In this document: one piece after another, positions 9,452-19,289 of the stretch
How the letters are laid out: each line of letters opens with the position of its first letter
How positions within the stretch are numbered: position 1 is the stretch's first letter
Sequence record: NZ_CP025192.1
Direction: 5' to 3' (one strand)
Source: a plasmid
Length of the DNA: 64,000 nucleotides
Notes under the pieces: model-generated
Database searches by the model: none
What the model saw: the letters and a program-made list of their open reading frames with translations, nothing else
Told to the model about the DNA's origin: nothing
Translations under genes and position numbers: made by a program

Positions 9452-10021
9452 CTACGAAGCCGACCGGGCGTCGCGGATGGAAAGCAGGAATACCTCGTGC
9501 AGGAAACCGGGTTGACCCCCGCCTACCTGATGGAATGCGAGAGCGTGAAGGTAGCGGCGTCTCTGGTGCCCCTCGATCAACCAGTAACGGGTTTCGGGGT
9601 GCTCACCCGTGTCCGTCAGGAGGCCGTCCGGCGCTTCAAGGATGACGGGCGGGATGTTCCAGGTTCCGGTCGCGTCCATCGTCCGACCCGGCTCGAACTC
9701 CTTGCCGTGGAATACGCGAAAGTTGAACTCGGGATCCTCGTCACTGTCCGGCATTCCCCAAGCGACATCCCTCAAGATGCGTTCCACGGTCCATCGCTCG
9801 ACGCGGCACGACAGGCACTCAAGCGGCAGATGGCAGAACGGAGAATGCCTCCAGCACTTGTACACCCACTGCTCCGCGACGAGCGGGTGCAGGTTCGTCA
9901 ATCGGTGGTGATTCCTCGCCCACCACGCTTCAAACGGCTCCTTGCCGAGGCTGCCTTCCCCAATCGGCTTCAGTGAGGCGTCCCAAGCCAGCGCGTGACG
10001 CGCGCGAACATCGACAAGCAT
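9452..10021 (-). CDS. hypothetical protein
   Basis: 189-aa ORF with protein-like composition in a slightly lower-GC stretch. No family recognised. Confidence 0.4.
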   Translation of the reverse strand: MLVDVRARHALAWDASLKPIGEGSLGKEPFEAWWARNHHRLTNLHPLVAEQWVYKCWRHSPFCHLPLECLSCRVERWTVERILRDVAWGMPDSDEDPEFNFRVFHGKEFEPGRTMDATGTWNIPPVILEAPDGLLTDTGEHPETRYWLIEGHQRRRYLHALAFHQVGGGQPGFLHEVFLLSIRDARSAS

Positions 10022-10072
10022 TGGTCCCGAGTAACAGTGCCTGAGATAGCGCTCAAGCCTCGGTGCATGGTG

Positions 10073-11314
10073 TCAGGGTCCCGCACCCGCCCTCCTGAGC
10101 ACGGCTGGCAGCAGTGCAAGCACCAACAGGATGTTGAGCACGGCGGCACCGCAGAGCGCAGCCAGCGTCGCCTGCGTCCCGAAGCTGTCCAGCAGCCAAG
10201 CGCCCAGGAAGGGCGAGGCTGCCTGAGCGATTAGAGTCGGCATCGCGATGCGGCCCATCAGCACGGCGTAGCCCTCCCTGCCGAAAAGCGCCAAGGGCAC
10301 CGTCCCGCGGGCGATGGAGCGGATGCCGCTGCCCATGCCGTACATTACAATGCCCGTTGCCACGATGCCGGGCGCGCCCACCAACATGCCCAGGCCGACG
10401 GCCACTAGAACGGCCGAGGCGATCAGGCTCCAGATCGGATGCGCCTTCCTGCCGAAGAGCATCTCCAGCACGCGGGCGCCAACCTGGGCCGGGCCGATGA
10501 GCGTGCCCAGAGCAACGGCGGCGGTGAGAGCCAGCCCCTGCGACTGGAGCAGGGTCAGCAGGTGGACCGAGATGACGGTCATGATGACCGCGGCCAGGGT
10601 AAAGCTCGCCGCCAGCATGACGAGGGCATAGCGCTGGCCCGCCCGCACAGGGCCCGGCACCGAAACAGCCTTGGCGGCCGTGGGTGCTGCGGCGGGCTTG
10701 GACGCCTCGCGCGGCACCCCGAAGAGGTAGAGCGGTAGCACCACCGTAAGATGGATGGCGGCGTAGGTCAGGCAGGCGCCGCGCCAGCCCAGGTGGTCGA
10801 CCAGCAAGGCGCTGAGTGGCCAGCAGACGGTGCTGGCGAAGCCGCCGAACAGGGTGACGTGGGTGATGGCCGGGCGGGCATGGTCGCCATACAGCCGCCC
10901 CAGCGTCGAGAAGGCCGGGTCATAGAGCCCGGCGCCCATGGCCAGGCCGAGGACGATCCAGGCCAGCACAAACACCGGCAGGCTGGGTGCCAGCCCGAGC
11001 AGCAGCAGGCCAGCGGAGAAGAGGACGGCGCTGGCCGCCAGAACGGGCCTGCCGCCGCGCTGCTCGATCAGGAAGCCGATGCGCGGCGACACCAGGCCAG
11101 ACACCAGCATGCCGATGGACAAGGCGCCCATGAGCCAGGTCAGCGGCCAGCCGGTGTCCGCCAGCACGGGCCCCGCCAGCACGGCCAGCAGGTAGTAGGA
11201 GGAACCCCAGGCGAGGATCTGGGCGACGCCGATGGTGGAGACGACCACCAGCCTGGAGCGGCTAGTGGCTGGACCTGTAGAGCCTGCGTCGGCCGGGAGG
11301 GCGGCCTGGCTCAT
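10073..11314 (-). CDS. MFS transporter
   Basis: 12 predicted TM helices with MFS signature-like loops (GFLIEQRGGRP). Overlaps the upstream gene by ATGA. Confidence 0.8.
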   Translation of the reverse strand: MSQAALPADAGSTGPATSRSRLVVVSTIGVAQILAWGSSYYLLAVLAGPVLADTGWPLTWLMGALSIGMLVSGLVSPRIGFLIEQRGGRPVLAASAVLFSAGLLLLGLAPSLPVFVLAWIVLGLAMGAGLYDPAFSTLGRLYGDHARPAITHVTLFGGFASTVCWPLSALLVDHLGWRGACLTYAAIHLTVVLPLYLFGVPREASKPAAAPTAAKAVSVPGPVRAGQRYALVMLAASFTLAAVIMTVISVHLLTLLQSQGLALTAAVALGTLIGPAQVGARVLEMLFGRKAHPIWSLIASAVLVAVGLGMLVGAPGIVATGIVMYGMGSGIRSIARGTVPLALFGREGYAVLMGRIAMPTLIAQAASPFLGAWLLDSFGTQATLAALCGAAVLNILLVLALLPAVLRRAGAGP

Positions 11315-12765
11315 TCGGCAGGTTCGGCCGAGAGGGGCACCTTCTGGTCAGCGGTCCCGCAGCACGGCGTGTCCTCAGCCAATTCAGGCTTGAGCGGGCA
11401 GCCCGCCCCCTGGATTGTCGTCGGCGTGCAGCATGCGGCTTCGGCATCGAGCGCTGCCACCACGCGGCTGCTGCTGCACACGCCGGTCTGCGGCAGGTCC
11501 AGCTCCACCCGACGTGCGGCCTCCATGTCACCCACGAGGAAGGCGGCAATGGAGCGCACCTGCTCGTAGCCGGTGGCCAGCAGGAAGGTGGGCGCACGGC
11601 CGTAGCTGGCCATCCCGGCAAGGAAAAGTCCCGTATCGGGCTGCTGGAGTTCGTGGGCACCGTGAGGCCGAACGGTGCCGCAGGAGTGCAGGTTGGGGTC
11701 GATGAGCGGGGCCAGCACGCGCGGGCATTCCAGCGCCGGGTCCAGGTCGAGGCGGACCTCACCGAGAATGCCGAGGTCGGGCCGCAAGCCGGTGGCGACC
11801 ACCATCTCGTCGGCTTCCGCCGTCTCCCCCTCGAGGCTCATGACCTGCAGGGAACCGTCGGCAGCCTGGCCGACCTCGTCCACCGAAAAGGGCGCGAGCA
11901 GCTCTACGGTGCCGCTTTCGACGAGGTGGTGCAGCTGCTGACCCAGGGCGCCGCGCTCCGGCAGCTGGTCGGCCGCGCCGCCGCCGTAAGCCCGCGTCAG
12001 GTCCGCGCTGCGGACCGCCCACAGGACGGTGGTGCCCGGCGCCTGCTCAGCCAAGCTGGCGAGGTCGAGCAGGGTGCCGACGGCCGAGTGGCCCGAGCCG
12101 ACGACAAGGACGCGTCGCCCGGCGTAGCGACCGCGGTCGGCGCCGAGGACGTCGGGCATGCCATAGCGGATGCGGTCGGCGGCCCGATGCTCGCCGATGG
12201 CGGGCAGGCCGGAGGCGCCCGCCGGGTTGGGATGTCCCCAAGTGCCGGTGGCTACGATGACGGACTGGACCAGGAGGCGGTCCTCCATGCCCTCAGCCTG
12301 GAACCTGACCTCGAAGGGCTGCCGCTCACGACCGGCGTCGCGAACCTTGCCAGCGCGCTGTCGGGCAACTCCGGTCACCCGGGTGTTCAGACGGAGGCGG
12401 CCAGCCATCTCCGGCAGGGCAGCGAGAGGTGCCAGGTAGTCCTCGACGAGGTCACGGCCGGTGGGGAACGCCTCGGCATCGGGCGCCGTCCATCCATGCC
12501 GCTCCAGGAGCGTGCGGCACGCCCGGTCCACGTTGTAACGCCACGGGGAAAACGTGTGAACGTGACCCCATCCCAGCGGCGCCGTGCCGACCGAGGGACC
12601 AACCTCGAACACCAGCGGCTCCAGGCCGCGCTCCAGCAGGTGCGCTGCGGCGGCCAAGCCAACCGGGCCGCCGCCGATGATGGCGATGGGCAGCGTTGCG
12701 GGGCTGGGGAAGCCCTCAGGGCCCCTGCTCTGAGGGGCAGGCTTGGCAGAGCAACAGGAGCTCAT
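11311..12765 (-). CDS. FAD/NAD(P)-binding flavoprotein oxidoreductase with Cys-rich N- and C-terminal tails
   Basis: Rossmann GxGxxG (IAIIGGGPVG) and a second dinucleotide motif (VLVVGSGHSA). N-terminus MSSCCSAK. C-terminus CCTPTT...GCPLKP...TPCCGTADQ with vicinal cysteines reminiscent of metal-handling tails. Confidence 0.7.
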   Translation of the reverse strand: MSSCCSAKPAPQSRGPEGFPSPATLPIAIIGGGPVGLAAAAHLLERGLEPLVFEVGPSVGTAPLGWGHVHTFSPWRYNVDRACRTLLERHGWTAPDAEAFPTGRDLVEDYLAPLAALPEMAGRLRLNTRVTGVARQRAGKVRDAGRERQPFEVRFQAEGMEDRLLVQSVIVATGTWGHPNPAGASGLPAIGEHRAADRIRYGMPDVLGADRGRYAGRRVLVVGSGHSAVGTLLDLASLAEQAPGTTVLWAVRSADLTRAYGGGAADQLPERGALGQQLHHLVESGTVELLAPFSVDEVGQAADGSLQVMSLEGETAEADEMVVATGLRPDLGILGEVRLDLDPALECPRVLAPLIDPNLHSCGTVRPHGAHELQQPDTGLFLAGMASYGRAPTFLLATGYEQVRSIAAFLVGDMEAARRVELDLPQTGVCSSSRVVAALDAEAACCTPTTIQGAGCPLKPELAEDTPCCGTADQKVPLSAEPAE

Positions 12766-12820
12766 CTGACGGTTTCCTTCCTTATGCCTCGGTGGGCGAT
12801 GTATAGAGGCAAGCTGATGG

Positions 12821-13243
12821 TCAGCATTGGCATGCACCCTTGGCCCTGCCGCGAGCCTTGGCGGCACGGCCGGTCTCGGTCAGGGCGGTGGTGGCGTCCA
12901 TCCAGGCCCCTAAACCAACGCGGAATGCCTCCCGCCCCTTGTCGGTCAGGGTGTAGACCTTGCGCTCACGGCCGGAGACGACCTCGGCTTCCGATGTCAG
13001 GTAGCCGCCCTGCTCGAACTCCCGGAGCGTCGGATACAGGGCGCCCTCAGAGGGCGAGCAGCAGCCGTTCGTGGTCCGCTCCACCGCGCGCGCGATGTCG
13101 TAGCCATGAGCCGGGCCGTCGTGCAGCACCTGCAGGACGAAGAAGCGACTGAGCGCCATCTTGATGGTCCCGGCCCAGTAGCCTCGGTCCGTGAAGTCCG
13201 GCGGGGGACGAGGCACGGCACGAAGGATGGGCTGCTGTGACAT
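12821..13243 (-). CDS. PadR-family transcriptional regulator with C-terminal CQC
   Basis: PadR wHTH (GYDIARAVER...GALYPTLREFEQGGYL...RERKVYTLTDKGREAF). Ends ...KGACQC. Confidence 0.8.
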   Translation of the reverse strand: MSQQPILRAVPRPPPDFTDRGYWAGTIKMALSRFFVLQVLHDGPAHGYDIARAVERTTNGCCSPSEGALYPTLREFEQGGYLTSEAEVVSGRERKVYTLTDKGREAFRVGLGAWMDATTALTETGRAAKARGRAKGACQC

Positions 13244-13896
13244 GGAGGAAGGCTATGCATCGATGGGCGATGCGTCAACAACAATGAAGGAGCGGCTCGG
13301 GGCATGTCTCAACCCACGCCCACAAGGTCCCAGACGCTAAGCCCGGCCGCCCTGGAAATCTGGCAGATGCCGCTGGCCCGCGCCCTCGGCCCACTCCGGC
13401 TCTCCGGCGGCACCGGCGGCGTCGGCATCAGCCTGATGCAGCGCCGGGTCGTGGGGTGGCGCCCGTTGCCCGACTGGGTCGACGGCACCGCCTGCGCGGC
13501 CGTCATGCGGCACGCCCTGCGGGAGCACCTCGATGCCGCGGGGCGCCTCGGGCTCTGGCGGCGGGGCTCGCAGGCAAGGACTCGATCCCGGCAAGGATTC
13601 GGCGGCGGGGCAGGGCAGGGCAGGGGGCCGCGACGTCCCGGCTGACTCACCGAATTTCTCGGCGCGGGAAGGGCGGGCATCTGGTAATCCCGGGCGCACA
13701 GCAGCAGGCCGGTCGGGCCGGGCCGCGTCGGCGCCATCCCGGCCGCCGCGCGGCTTGCGCTGCGACGGTGAGCCGGAGGCGGGTGCAGTCAAGTGGTCAA
13801 GGTCGTCTCCTTCGCGTCAGCCATGAAGTCCATCGAGGGTGATCCTCCTTGGTTTCCGTGGACACCCAGAGGCAAGCTTTGAGCTGGAGGTGTTCA

Positions 13897-14241
13897 ATGG
13901 ATCAGCAGGCGACGAGGGCCAAGCCACGTTCCTATACGGAGGACTACAAGCGCCAGGTCGTGGATATGGTGGTCGGTGGCGGGCGCACGCCGACGGCGGT
14001 GGCGGGCGAGGTCGGCCTGCACCCGACGCTGCTGTGCCGGTGGGTGCGCCAGTATAGCGCCGGCGGTGGCAAGACCGAGGTGCCGCGGCCTGCAGCTGCC
14101 ACCTCCCTCAAGCCCTTGCCGGTCCCGACGGCCGACCAGGCTGCCGAGATCGCGCGGCTGCGGCGCGAGTGCGACCGGCTCCGCATGGAGCGAGACATTT
14201 TAAAAAAGTCCATTTCGATCTTCGCGGGACCACTGAGATGA
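13897..14241 (+). CDS. IS3-family transposase OrfA (HTH)
   Basis: MDQQATRAKPRSYTEDYKRQVVDMVV... with the leucine zipper and RLRMERDILKK typical of IS3 OrfA. Confidence 0.8.
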   Translation: MDQQATRAKPRSYTEDYKRQVVDMVVGGGRTPTAVAGEVGLHPTLLCRWVRQYSAGGGKTEVPRPAAATSLKPLPVPTADQAAEIARLRRECDRLRMERDILKKSISIFAGPLR

Positions 14242-14644
14242 AGTTTCGTGTGGTCGAGGACTGCCGCGATGTCTGGGCGGTCCAGCCGTTGTGCCGTGTG
14301 CTGGGGATCTCGACCGCCGGCTACTACGCTTGGCGGTCGCGGCCGGATAGCAAGCGCGCCGTCGAGGATTGTGCCCTGCTGGCCGACATCCGCCAGGCCC
14401 ATGCCAACAGCGGTGGCCGTTACGGCAGTCCCCGTGTGTATGCCACCTTGCGGGCGCAGGGGCGACAGGTTGGACGTGGACGGATCGAGCGCCTGATGCG
14501 GCGGCATGGCGTGCGCGGCCTTGTCGCCCCGCACCGCCGCGTGCAAACCACCGACAGCCGCCACGCCTTCCCGGTCGCTCCCAATCTGCTGGAACGCAAG
14601 TTCTCCACCACCAGCAGGCCGAACCAAGTCTGGCTGGCAGACCT
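14169..14644 (+). pseudogene. IS3-family transposase OrfB, 5' part, interrupted by the nested IS at 14645
   Basis: MKFRVVEDCRDVWAVQPLCRVLGIS...RPNQVWLADL then breaks into IS terminal sequence. It continues in frame at 15966. Confidence 0.75.
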
Positions 14645-14683
14645 TGAACCGCCCCGGGATTGCCGGAGGCCATTGGGCTTAAA

Positions 14684-15589
14684 TTATGCGGCCATGGGAG
14701 TGCCGTCCAGCATGGCGTAGTAGCGTTCTTCGGCTTCGGCAGGTGGTATATTGCCGATGGGCGCGAGAAGCCGGCGGTTGTTGAACCAGTCCACCCATTC
14801 CAGCGTGGCGTATTCGACGGCCTCAAAGGATCGCCACGGACCACGCCGGTGGATCGCCTCGGCCTTGTAAAGGCCGTTGATCGTCTCTGCCAAAGCGTTG
14901 TCGTAGCTGTCGCCTACACTGCCCACCGATGGCTCGATCCCGGCTTCGGCAAGGCGCTCGGTATATTTGATCGAGACATACTGGCTGCCGCGGTCGCTGT
15001 GATGGATCAGGCCACCACGACGGACAGGACGCCGATCATGGATCGCCTGCTCCAGGGCATCCAGCACGAAGCTGGCATGCGCCGTCCTGCTTACCCGCCA
15101 GCCCACGATATAGCGGGCGTAGACGTCGATCACGAAGGCCACGTAGACGAACCCTGACCAAGTCGCGACATAGGTGAAGTCCGACACCCACAGCATGTTC
15201 GGCGCCGGGGCGTGGAACTGCCGGTTCACCTGGTCGAGCGGGCAAGGCGCGGCCTTGTCGCTCATCGTCGTGCGCACCGGCTTGCCGCGGATCACGCCCT
15301 GCAAGCCCAGCTCGCGCATCAGCCGCTCCACCGTACATCGGGCTATGTCGAAGCCTTCGCGCCGCATCTGTCGCCAAACCTTGCGCACGCCGTAGACGCC
15401 GAAGTTCTCGGTAAAAACCCGCATCACCTCTGGCTTCAGGGCCCGATCACGCTGGGCACGCGACGATAAGCGCGAGGGATCGCGCCGCTGCGCCAGGTGC
15501 TCATGGTAGGTGGATGGGGCGATCGGCAGAACCCGGCAGATCGGCTCGACCCCATAGTCACCGCGATACTCGTCGATGAACGCGATCAT
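14684..15589 (-). CDS. IS3-family transposase OrfB (DDE integrase core)
   Basis: 301 aa with DDE motifs HHSDRGSQY and YDNALAE. Confidence 0.85.
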   Translation of the reverse strand: MIAFIDEYRGDYGVEPICRVLPIAPSTYHEHLAQRRDPSRLSSRAQRDRALKPEVMRVFTENFGVYGVRKVWRQMRREGFDIARCTVERLMRELGLQGVIRGKPVRTTMSDKAAPCPLDQVNRQFHAPAPNMLWVSDFTYVATWSGFVYVAFVIDVYARYIVGWRVSRTAHASFVLDALEQAIHDRRPVRRGGLIHHSDRGSQYVSIKYTERLAEAGIEPSVGSVGDSYDNALAETINGLYKAEAIHRRGPWRSFEAVEYATLEWVDWFNNRRLLAPIGNIPPAEAEERYYAMLDGTPMAA

Positions 15590-15912
15590 CGCTTGAACGG
15601 GCGGTCGAGCTCCGCCTGGGCAAAATACGCAGATGCCTTGCGCAGGATCTCGTTGGCCTGGCGCAGCTCGCGGTTCTCGCGCTCCAGCGCCTTGAGCTTG
15701 TCAGCCACATCGGTGGGCACACCAGCTCGTTTGCCGCTGTTCACCTCGGCCTTCTTCACCCACTCCAGCAGCGTGTGCCCCGAACAGCCGAACTTCTCAG
15801 CAATGGATGTGATTGCGGCCCAGCGGGACGGATGGTCGCCTTCGTGATCCAGCACCATGCGGACCGCCCGTTCACGAACCTCCGGTGCAAACTTGTTCGT
15901 CGTCTTGCTCAT
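15586..15912 (-). CDS. IS3-family transposase OrfA
   Basis: 108 aa. HTH plus leucine zipper. [29 protein letters not shown]. Confidence 0.85.
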   Translation of the reverse strand: MSKTTNKFAPEVRERAVRMVLDHEGDHPSRWAAITSIAEKFGCSGHTLLEWVKKAEVNSGKRAGVPTDVADKLKALERENRELRQANEILRKASAYFAQAELDRPFKR

Positions 15913-15965
15913 AGTAGACCCTTCCTCTCAGGAGTTGGGGCCTCCGACAATCCCGGGGCGGTTCA

Positions 15966-16434
15966 CCTGACCTACATTCCGACAGCTGAAGGTTGGCTGT
16001 ACATGGCCGCCATCATGGACCTGCACACCCGTAAGATCGTGGGCTGGTCCATGCGCGACCATCTTAGGGCCGAGCTGGCGACCTCGGCGCTGCTGATGGC
16101 CATCCAGCGCCAGCGTCCCAGTGCCGGCCTGATCCAACATTCCGACCGCGGCGTCCAATATGCCTGCGGTGACTACCAGGCGGCGCTGACCAAAGCAGCC
16201 ATCATCCCGTCGATGAGCCGGCGGGCCAACCCGCTGGACAACGCGCCAATGGAGAGCTTCTTCCATACGCTGAAAACCGAGCTGGTGCATCACCGGGCCT
16301 ATGCCACCAGGGATGAGGCCAAGCGCGACCTGTTCTCCTACGTCGAGGGCTTCTACAACCGACAGCGCCTTCATTCGGCCCTGGACTACCGCACGCCAGA
16401 CCAGGCAGAACGGCAGGCAGCAAACGTAGCGTAA
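15966..16434 (+). pseudogene. IS3-family OrfB, 3' part of the outer copy
   Basis: TYIPTAEGWLYMAAIMDL...HSDRGVQY...DNAPMESFF continues the reading frame broken at 14644. Confidence 0.75.
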
Positions 16435-16469
16435 CCCGTCCACAGAAGTCGTGGAGGATCACCCCGAAG

Positions 16470-16620
16470 CCCGAGCTTTCCTGTCTCAGTTCAACGAGTT
16501 GCTGGTTGTTCAAGGCCGACTACTTCACCGACCTGCTGACCCGCCTCGTCAATGGCTGGCCCAACAGCCGCATCGACGAACTCATGCCGTGGTGCTGGGC
16601 CGCCAAAAACGGCAGTTGAT
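16470..16620 (+). pseudogene. IS66-family TnpC C-terminal fragment
   Basis: KADYFTDLLTRLVNGWPNSRIDELMPWCWAAK matches the conserved C-terminal end of IS66 transposases. No N-terminal body is present. Confidence 0.45.
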
Positions 16621-16655
16621 CTCAAATACAGCCAGCATGGGTCTGTAGGCCTCGC

Positions 16656-16957
16656 TTACGGTATAGGCGTCGTCAACGCCCTTTGAGCCTCAACAACCGG
16701 CAGCGCGGCAGGAGACCTCTCCGCCGCCGCTGGAGGCAGTCGCGGTGTAGCCGGTCCGGGTGCGATCCCCGCGAGGAGATCCCGGCGCCAGGTGTAGAGC
16801 AGGCCCGTCCCGATCCCCTCACGCTGCGCGACCTCCTTGGCAACCACGCCGGGCTGCATCGCCTCCGCGACGATCCGCAATTTCTGCTCCGCGCTCCAGC
16901 GCCGACGCCGCTCACCGCGCGTCACCACCTCTACGAACTCGCTCCGAGCACTCATAC
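16656..16957 (-). CDS. IS66-family accessory protein OrfA (TnpA-like HTH)
   Basis: MSARSEFVEVVTRGERRRRWSAEQKLRIVAEAMQPGVVAKEVAQREGI is a typical IS66 orfA N-terminus. The start lies inside the palindrome at 16941-16982. Confidence 0.6.
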
Positions 16958-16982
16958 GATCACTCGTATGAGTGCTCGGAGC
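16941..16982. repeat. 42-bp perfect palindrome (19-bp arms GCTCCGAGCACTCATACGA, 4-bp spacer TCAC)
   Basis: Read directly. The arms are exact reverse complements. Both strands therefore encode MSARS going outward. Confidence 0.9.
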
Positions 16983-17079
16983 CGTGCTCTCCACCTTGTC
17001 TCCGTCCACCGAACGCCCCCTCACCAGGAGAGCAAACCTCGGAGGCTCAGCCAGGACCCTCAACCATGGGGTTCAGCCG

Positions 17080-17436
17080 ACGGATACCGCCGAGGCGCTG
17101 CATGCCTATATCCAGACTGCCGGGATCGCTGACGACCGCAGGGGCTGGCTGTTCCGCACAGCGCCAGGCCACAAGGCAACCGAGCTCACCAATCAGCCGC
17201 TGGCCCAGGCTGACGCGTGGCGCATGTTGCGCCGCCGTGCTGTCGCCGCCGGCATCACAGCGCCGATCGGCAACCACACCTTCCGCGCGACCAGCATCAC
17301 CGCCTATCTCGCGAACGGCGGTGCTCTTGAGCATGCGCAGGAAATGGCAGCGCATGAGAGCCCGCGCACCACCAAGCTCTACAACCGCACCAAGGAGCGG
17401 CTGACGCAGGACGAGGTAGAGCGGATCAGACTGTGA
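17080..17436 (+). pseudogene. tyrosine recombinase (phage-integrase family) C-terminal catalytic fragment
   Basis: HTFRATSITAYLANGG...ESPRTTKLYNRT contains the HxxR and Y catalytic residues. No N-terminal domain upstream. Confidence 0.65.
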
Positions 17437-17474
17437 TGCGTCTCGATTCTCGTACTATTCACCATAAGGAGACC

Positions 17475-18164
17475 TCAAGCAGATTTCAGGTACTTTCGTC
17501 CACTTAGGGCGCTGTATATCTCACCTTGCATGAAAGCCATGATGGCTAAAGTCGTCGCGAGATAGTCAGATAACGCCTGATCGCTTGGGATCAACAATCT
17601 GTCGCCATGCGAAATCGCGTTCCTAATACCCAATAACTTGCTGATATTCGAACGGTGGACTTCGATAGAAAGGCAATCTAGTCCGAGTTGAAAAAGCAAT
17701 TTTTTAAGAACATCCGGCGACAAGTTGGATTTTGTGTCAACTACCTGATCCGGAATATCCACTTTATGCGCCGTAATTCTCTCATAAGACTCAACAAACA
17801 TCTGCTCGCGAGCTGATAGGTGCAATTGTGTGTCGTCCGGCATGCGATTGCGAAAAGTTTCGTGTTTGCTATTCGGGTCCCTTAACGCGGCAAAAACCTT
17901 ATGCAGAGTGGCAGCTGCAACTGGATAGCTAGCCTCGGCACAGGTCAACCCTAAAGCATTGAGCGCCGATGTATAGGAGAGAAGAGAAAATTTACAAAAT
18001 CCTTCAAGATGCGCGTACATTAGCAGAATGAGCGAGCGTTTAAGCATCGCCTGCTCATTTGCGGATGCTGCCGCCTGGATTAAGCGGTCTATCAGACGCA
18101 TTTCAGCCTCGCGACTGGCTCGGTCAGCTTCCAGGTCCTCAAAAACAGACTCAGGGGAACGCAT
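17475..18164 (-). CDS. HEPN-domain protein (Rx4H motif RNAISH), putative RNase/effector
   Basis: 229 aa, all-alpha composition, C-terminal R-N-A-I-S-H-G-D HEPN motif. Overlaps the DUF262 gene by 14 bp. Lower GC than its surroundings. Confidence 0.65.
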   Translation of the reverse strand: MRSPESVFEDLEADRASREAEMRLIDRLIQAAASANEQAMLKRSLILLMYAHLEGFCKFSLLSYTSALNALGLTCAEASYPVAAATLHKVFAALRDPNSKHETFRNRMPDDTQLHLSAREQMFVESYERITAHKVDIPDQVVDTKSNLSPDVLKKLLFQLGLDCLSIEVHRSNISKLLGIRNAISHGDRLLIPSDQALSDYLATTLAIMAFMQGEIYSALSGRKYLKSA

Positions 18165-19287
18165 GGATGAGCCGTTGCCTTACAAAATTGATCCGATCAT
18201 TCAGCGGGCCAGGCGAGTTTTTCCCACCGCCAGTTGTTTGTCTGACAAATTCGCTGTCAAGCTTAATGCTTTTAAGGCAGTCAGCAATGGCGGCCATTAC
18301 GACGTGGTCTGTCGGGTCAAGTTTGTCGATGACGCTCTGAAGAGCAACTGTAATTGCCTCGAAATGGTACACACTGAAGCCCGACGCCAGATCGGTTCCA
18401 CTCTTATTCCTGAATGCAAAGGACTTGTCGCCTAGAGAGGCCTTCAAAACCGCAAAGGTCTTGCGAAAGTTGGCTTCCTCTCCAGCAAAGTCAAAACTGT
18501 GTGCGCGGCTTGGATCGGCGACGTCCTCCATATACTCTGTCAGAAAATCAGATACTTCGTGTTTGAATTTATCCAGCCGATTCTTGAGCGCGAAAAATCT
18601 TAAGACCAGTTCCTGATCGATCCCTGAAAGAAGCCGCGCCTCCGTCAAGGCGCTTGTGCAGACCTGAAAATCATCAACCCCGCTCATATTGATGATGAAA
18701 TCGGGAAACTCAGTACTGAGCATGCGAATTGTGCAATTACGAATCTGCTGCTCCGACAGGCCTTCTCCGCCTGTGTTAAGCCGCTTGAACATGTGATATT
18801 TGAAATGCGGATCAGCGCCCCTGCGAACAACCTCCACTCGAATGAATGCGCGCTTCAACCTGATCTGCATGGAGGTTGGCAGATCGTCAAAGGTGAGATC
18901 GTTCAGCGCGTGCACGATGTCACAATCTACAAGTTTCAGCTTGTCGCCCTTTTGAACAGGACGATCGAGATGAGGGGCGTCCAACGCGCCTCGTAAATGC
19001 AAGTAGGATGAAATCCGTTGCAGTCCGTCGATCAGCTGATAGCGGCCTTCCTCCTCCTCGATTACAAAGATCGGCGGCACAGGCATTTCTAGAATCAGCG
19101 ACTCTATGAGACGCGAACGCTGTCCTTCGGTCCACCTAAAGAGCCTCTGATAGTCCGGGGTGATGTTGAGCTCGCCTGCCTCGGCCATGTCGAGAAGTTC
19201 ATTGAAAGAAAGATCAAGTGCCTGAGTGCTGGCGCGTTTTAGCGTTCCCGCGACCTCCTCGATAAGGCGCGCGCTTGAGCCTGACAT
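18151..19287 (-). CDS. DUF262 (ParB/Srx-like nuclease or NTPase domain) protein
   Basis: N-terminal ITPDYQRLFRW...ILEMPVPPIFV and QLIDGLQRISS, the DGQQR-type motif diagnostic of DUF262 (GmrS/DndB-like). Confidence 0.8.
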   Translation of the reverse strand: MSGSSARLIEEVAGTLKRASTQALDLSFNELLDMAEAGELNITPDYQRLFRWTEGQRSRLIESLILEMPVPPIFVIEEEEGRYQLIDGLQRISSYLHLRGALDAPHLDRPVQKGDKLKLVDCDIVHALNDLTFDDLPTSMQIRLKRAFIRVEVVRRGADPHFKYHMFKRLNTGGEGLSEQQIRNCTIRMLSTEFPDFIINMSGVDDFQVCTSALTEARLLSGIDQELVLRFFALKNRLDKFKHEVSDFLTEYMEDVADPSRAHSFDFAGEEANFRKTFAVLKASLGDKSFAFRNKSGTDLASGFSVYHFEAITVALQSVIDKLDPTDHVVMAAIADCLKSIKLDSEFVRQTTGGGKNSPGPLNDRINFVRQRLIHAFP

Positions 19288-19289
19288 CG

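Larger units (their letters stand above)
14645..15965 (-). mobile_element. IS3-family element copy 1 (1321 bp) nested inside the outer IS3, 3-bp TSD CCT
   Basis: IRs TGAACCGCCCCGGGATTGCCGGAGGCC (14645) and the inverted match ending GGCGGTTCA (15965). Flanked by CCT on both sides. Holds orfA and orfB with the usual -1 overlap. Confidence 0.8.
13839..16461 (+). mobile_element. IS3-family element (outer copy) carrying a nested IS3 insertion
   Basis: Terminal inverted repeats TGATCCTCC... at 13839 and ...GGAGGATCA at 16461. orfA at 13897-14241. orfB is split in two by the insertion at 14645-15965. Confidence 0.7.
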
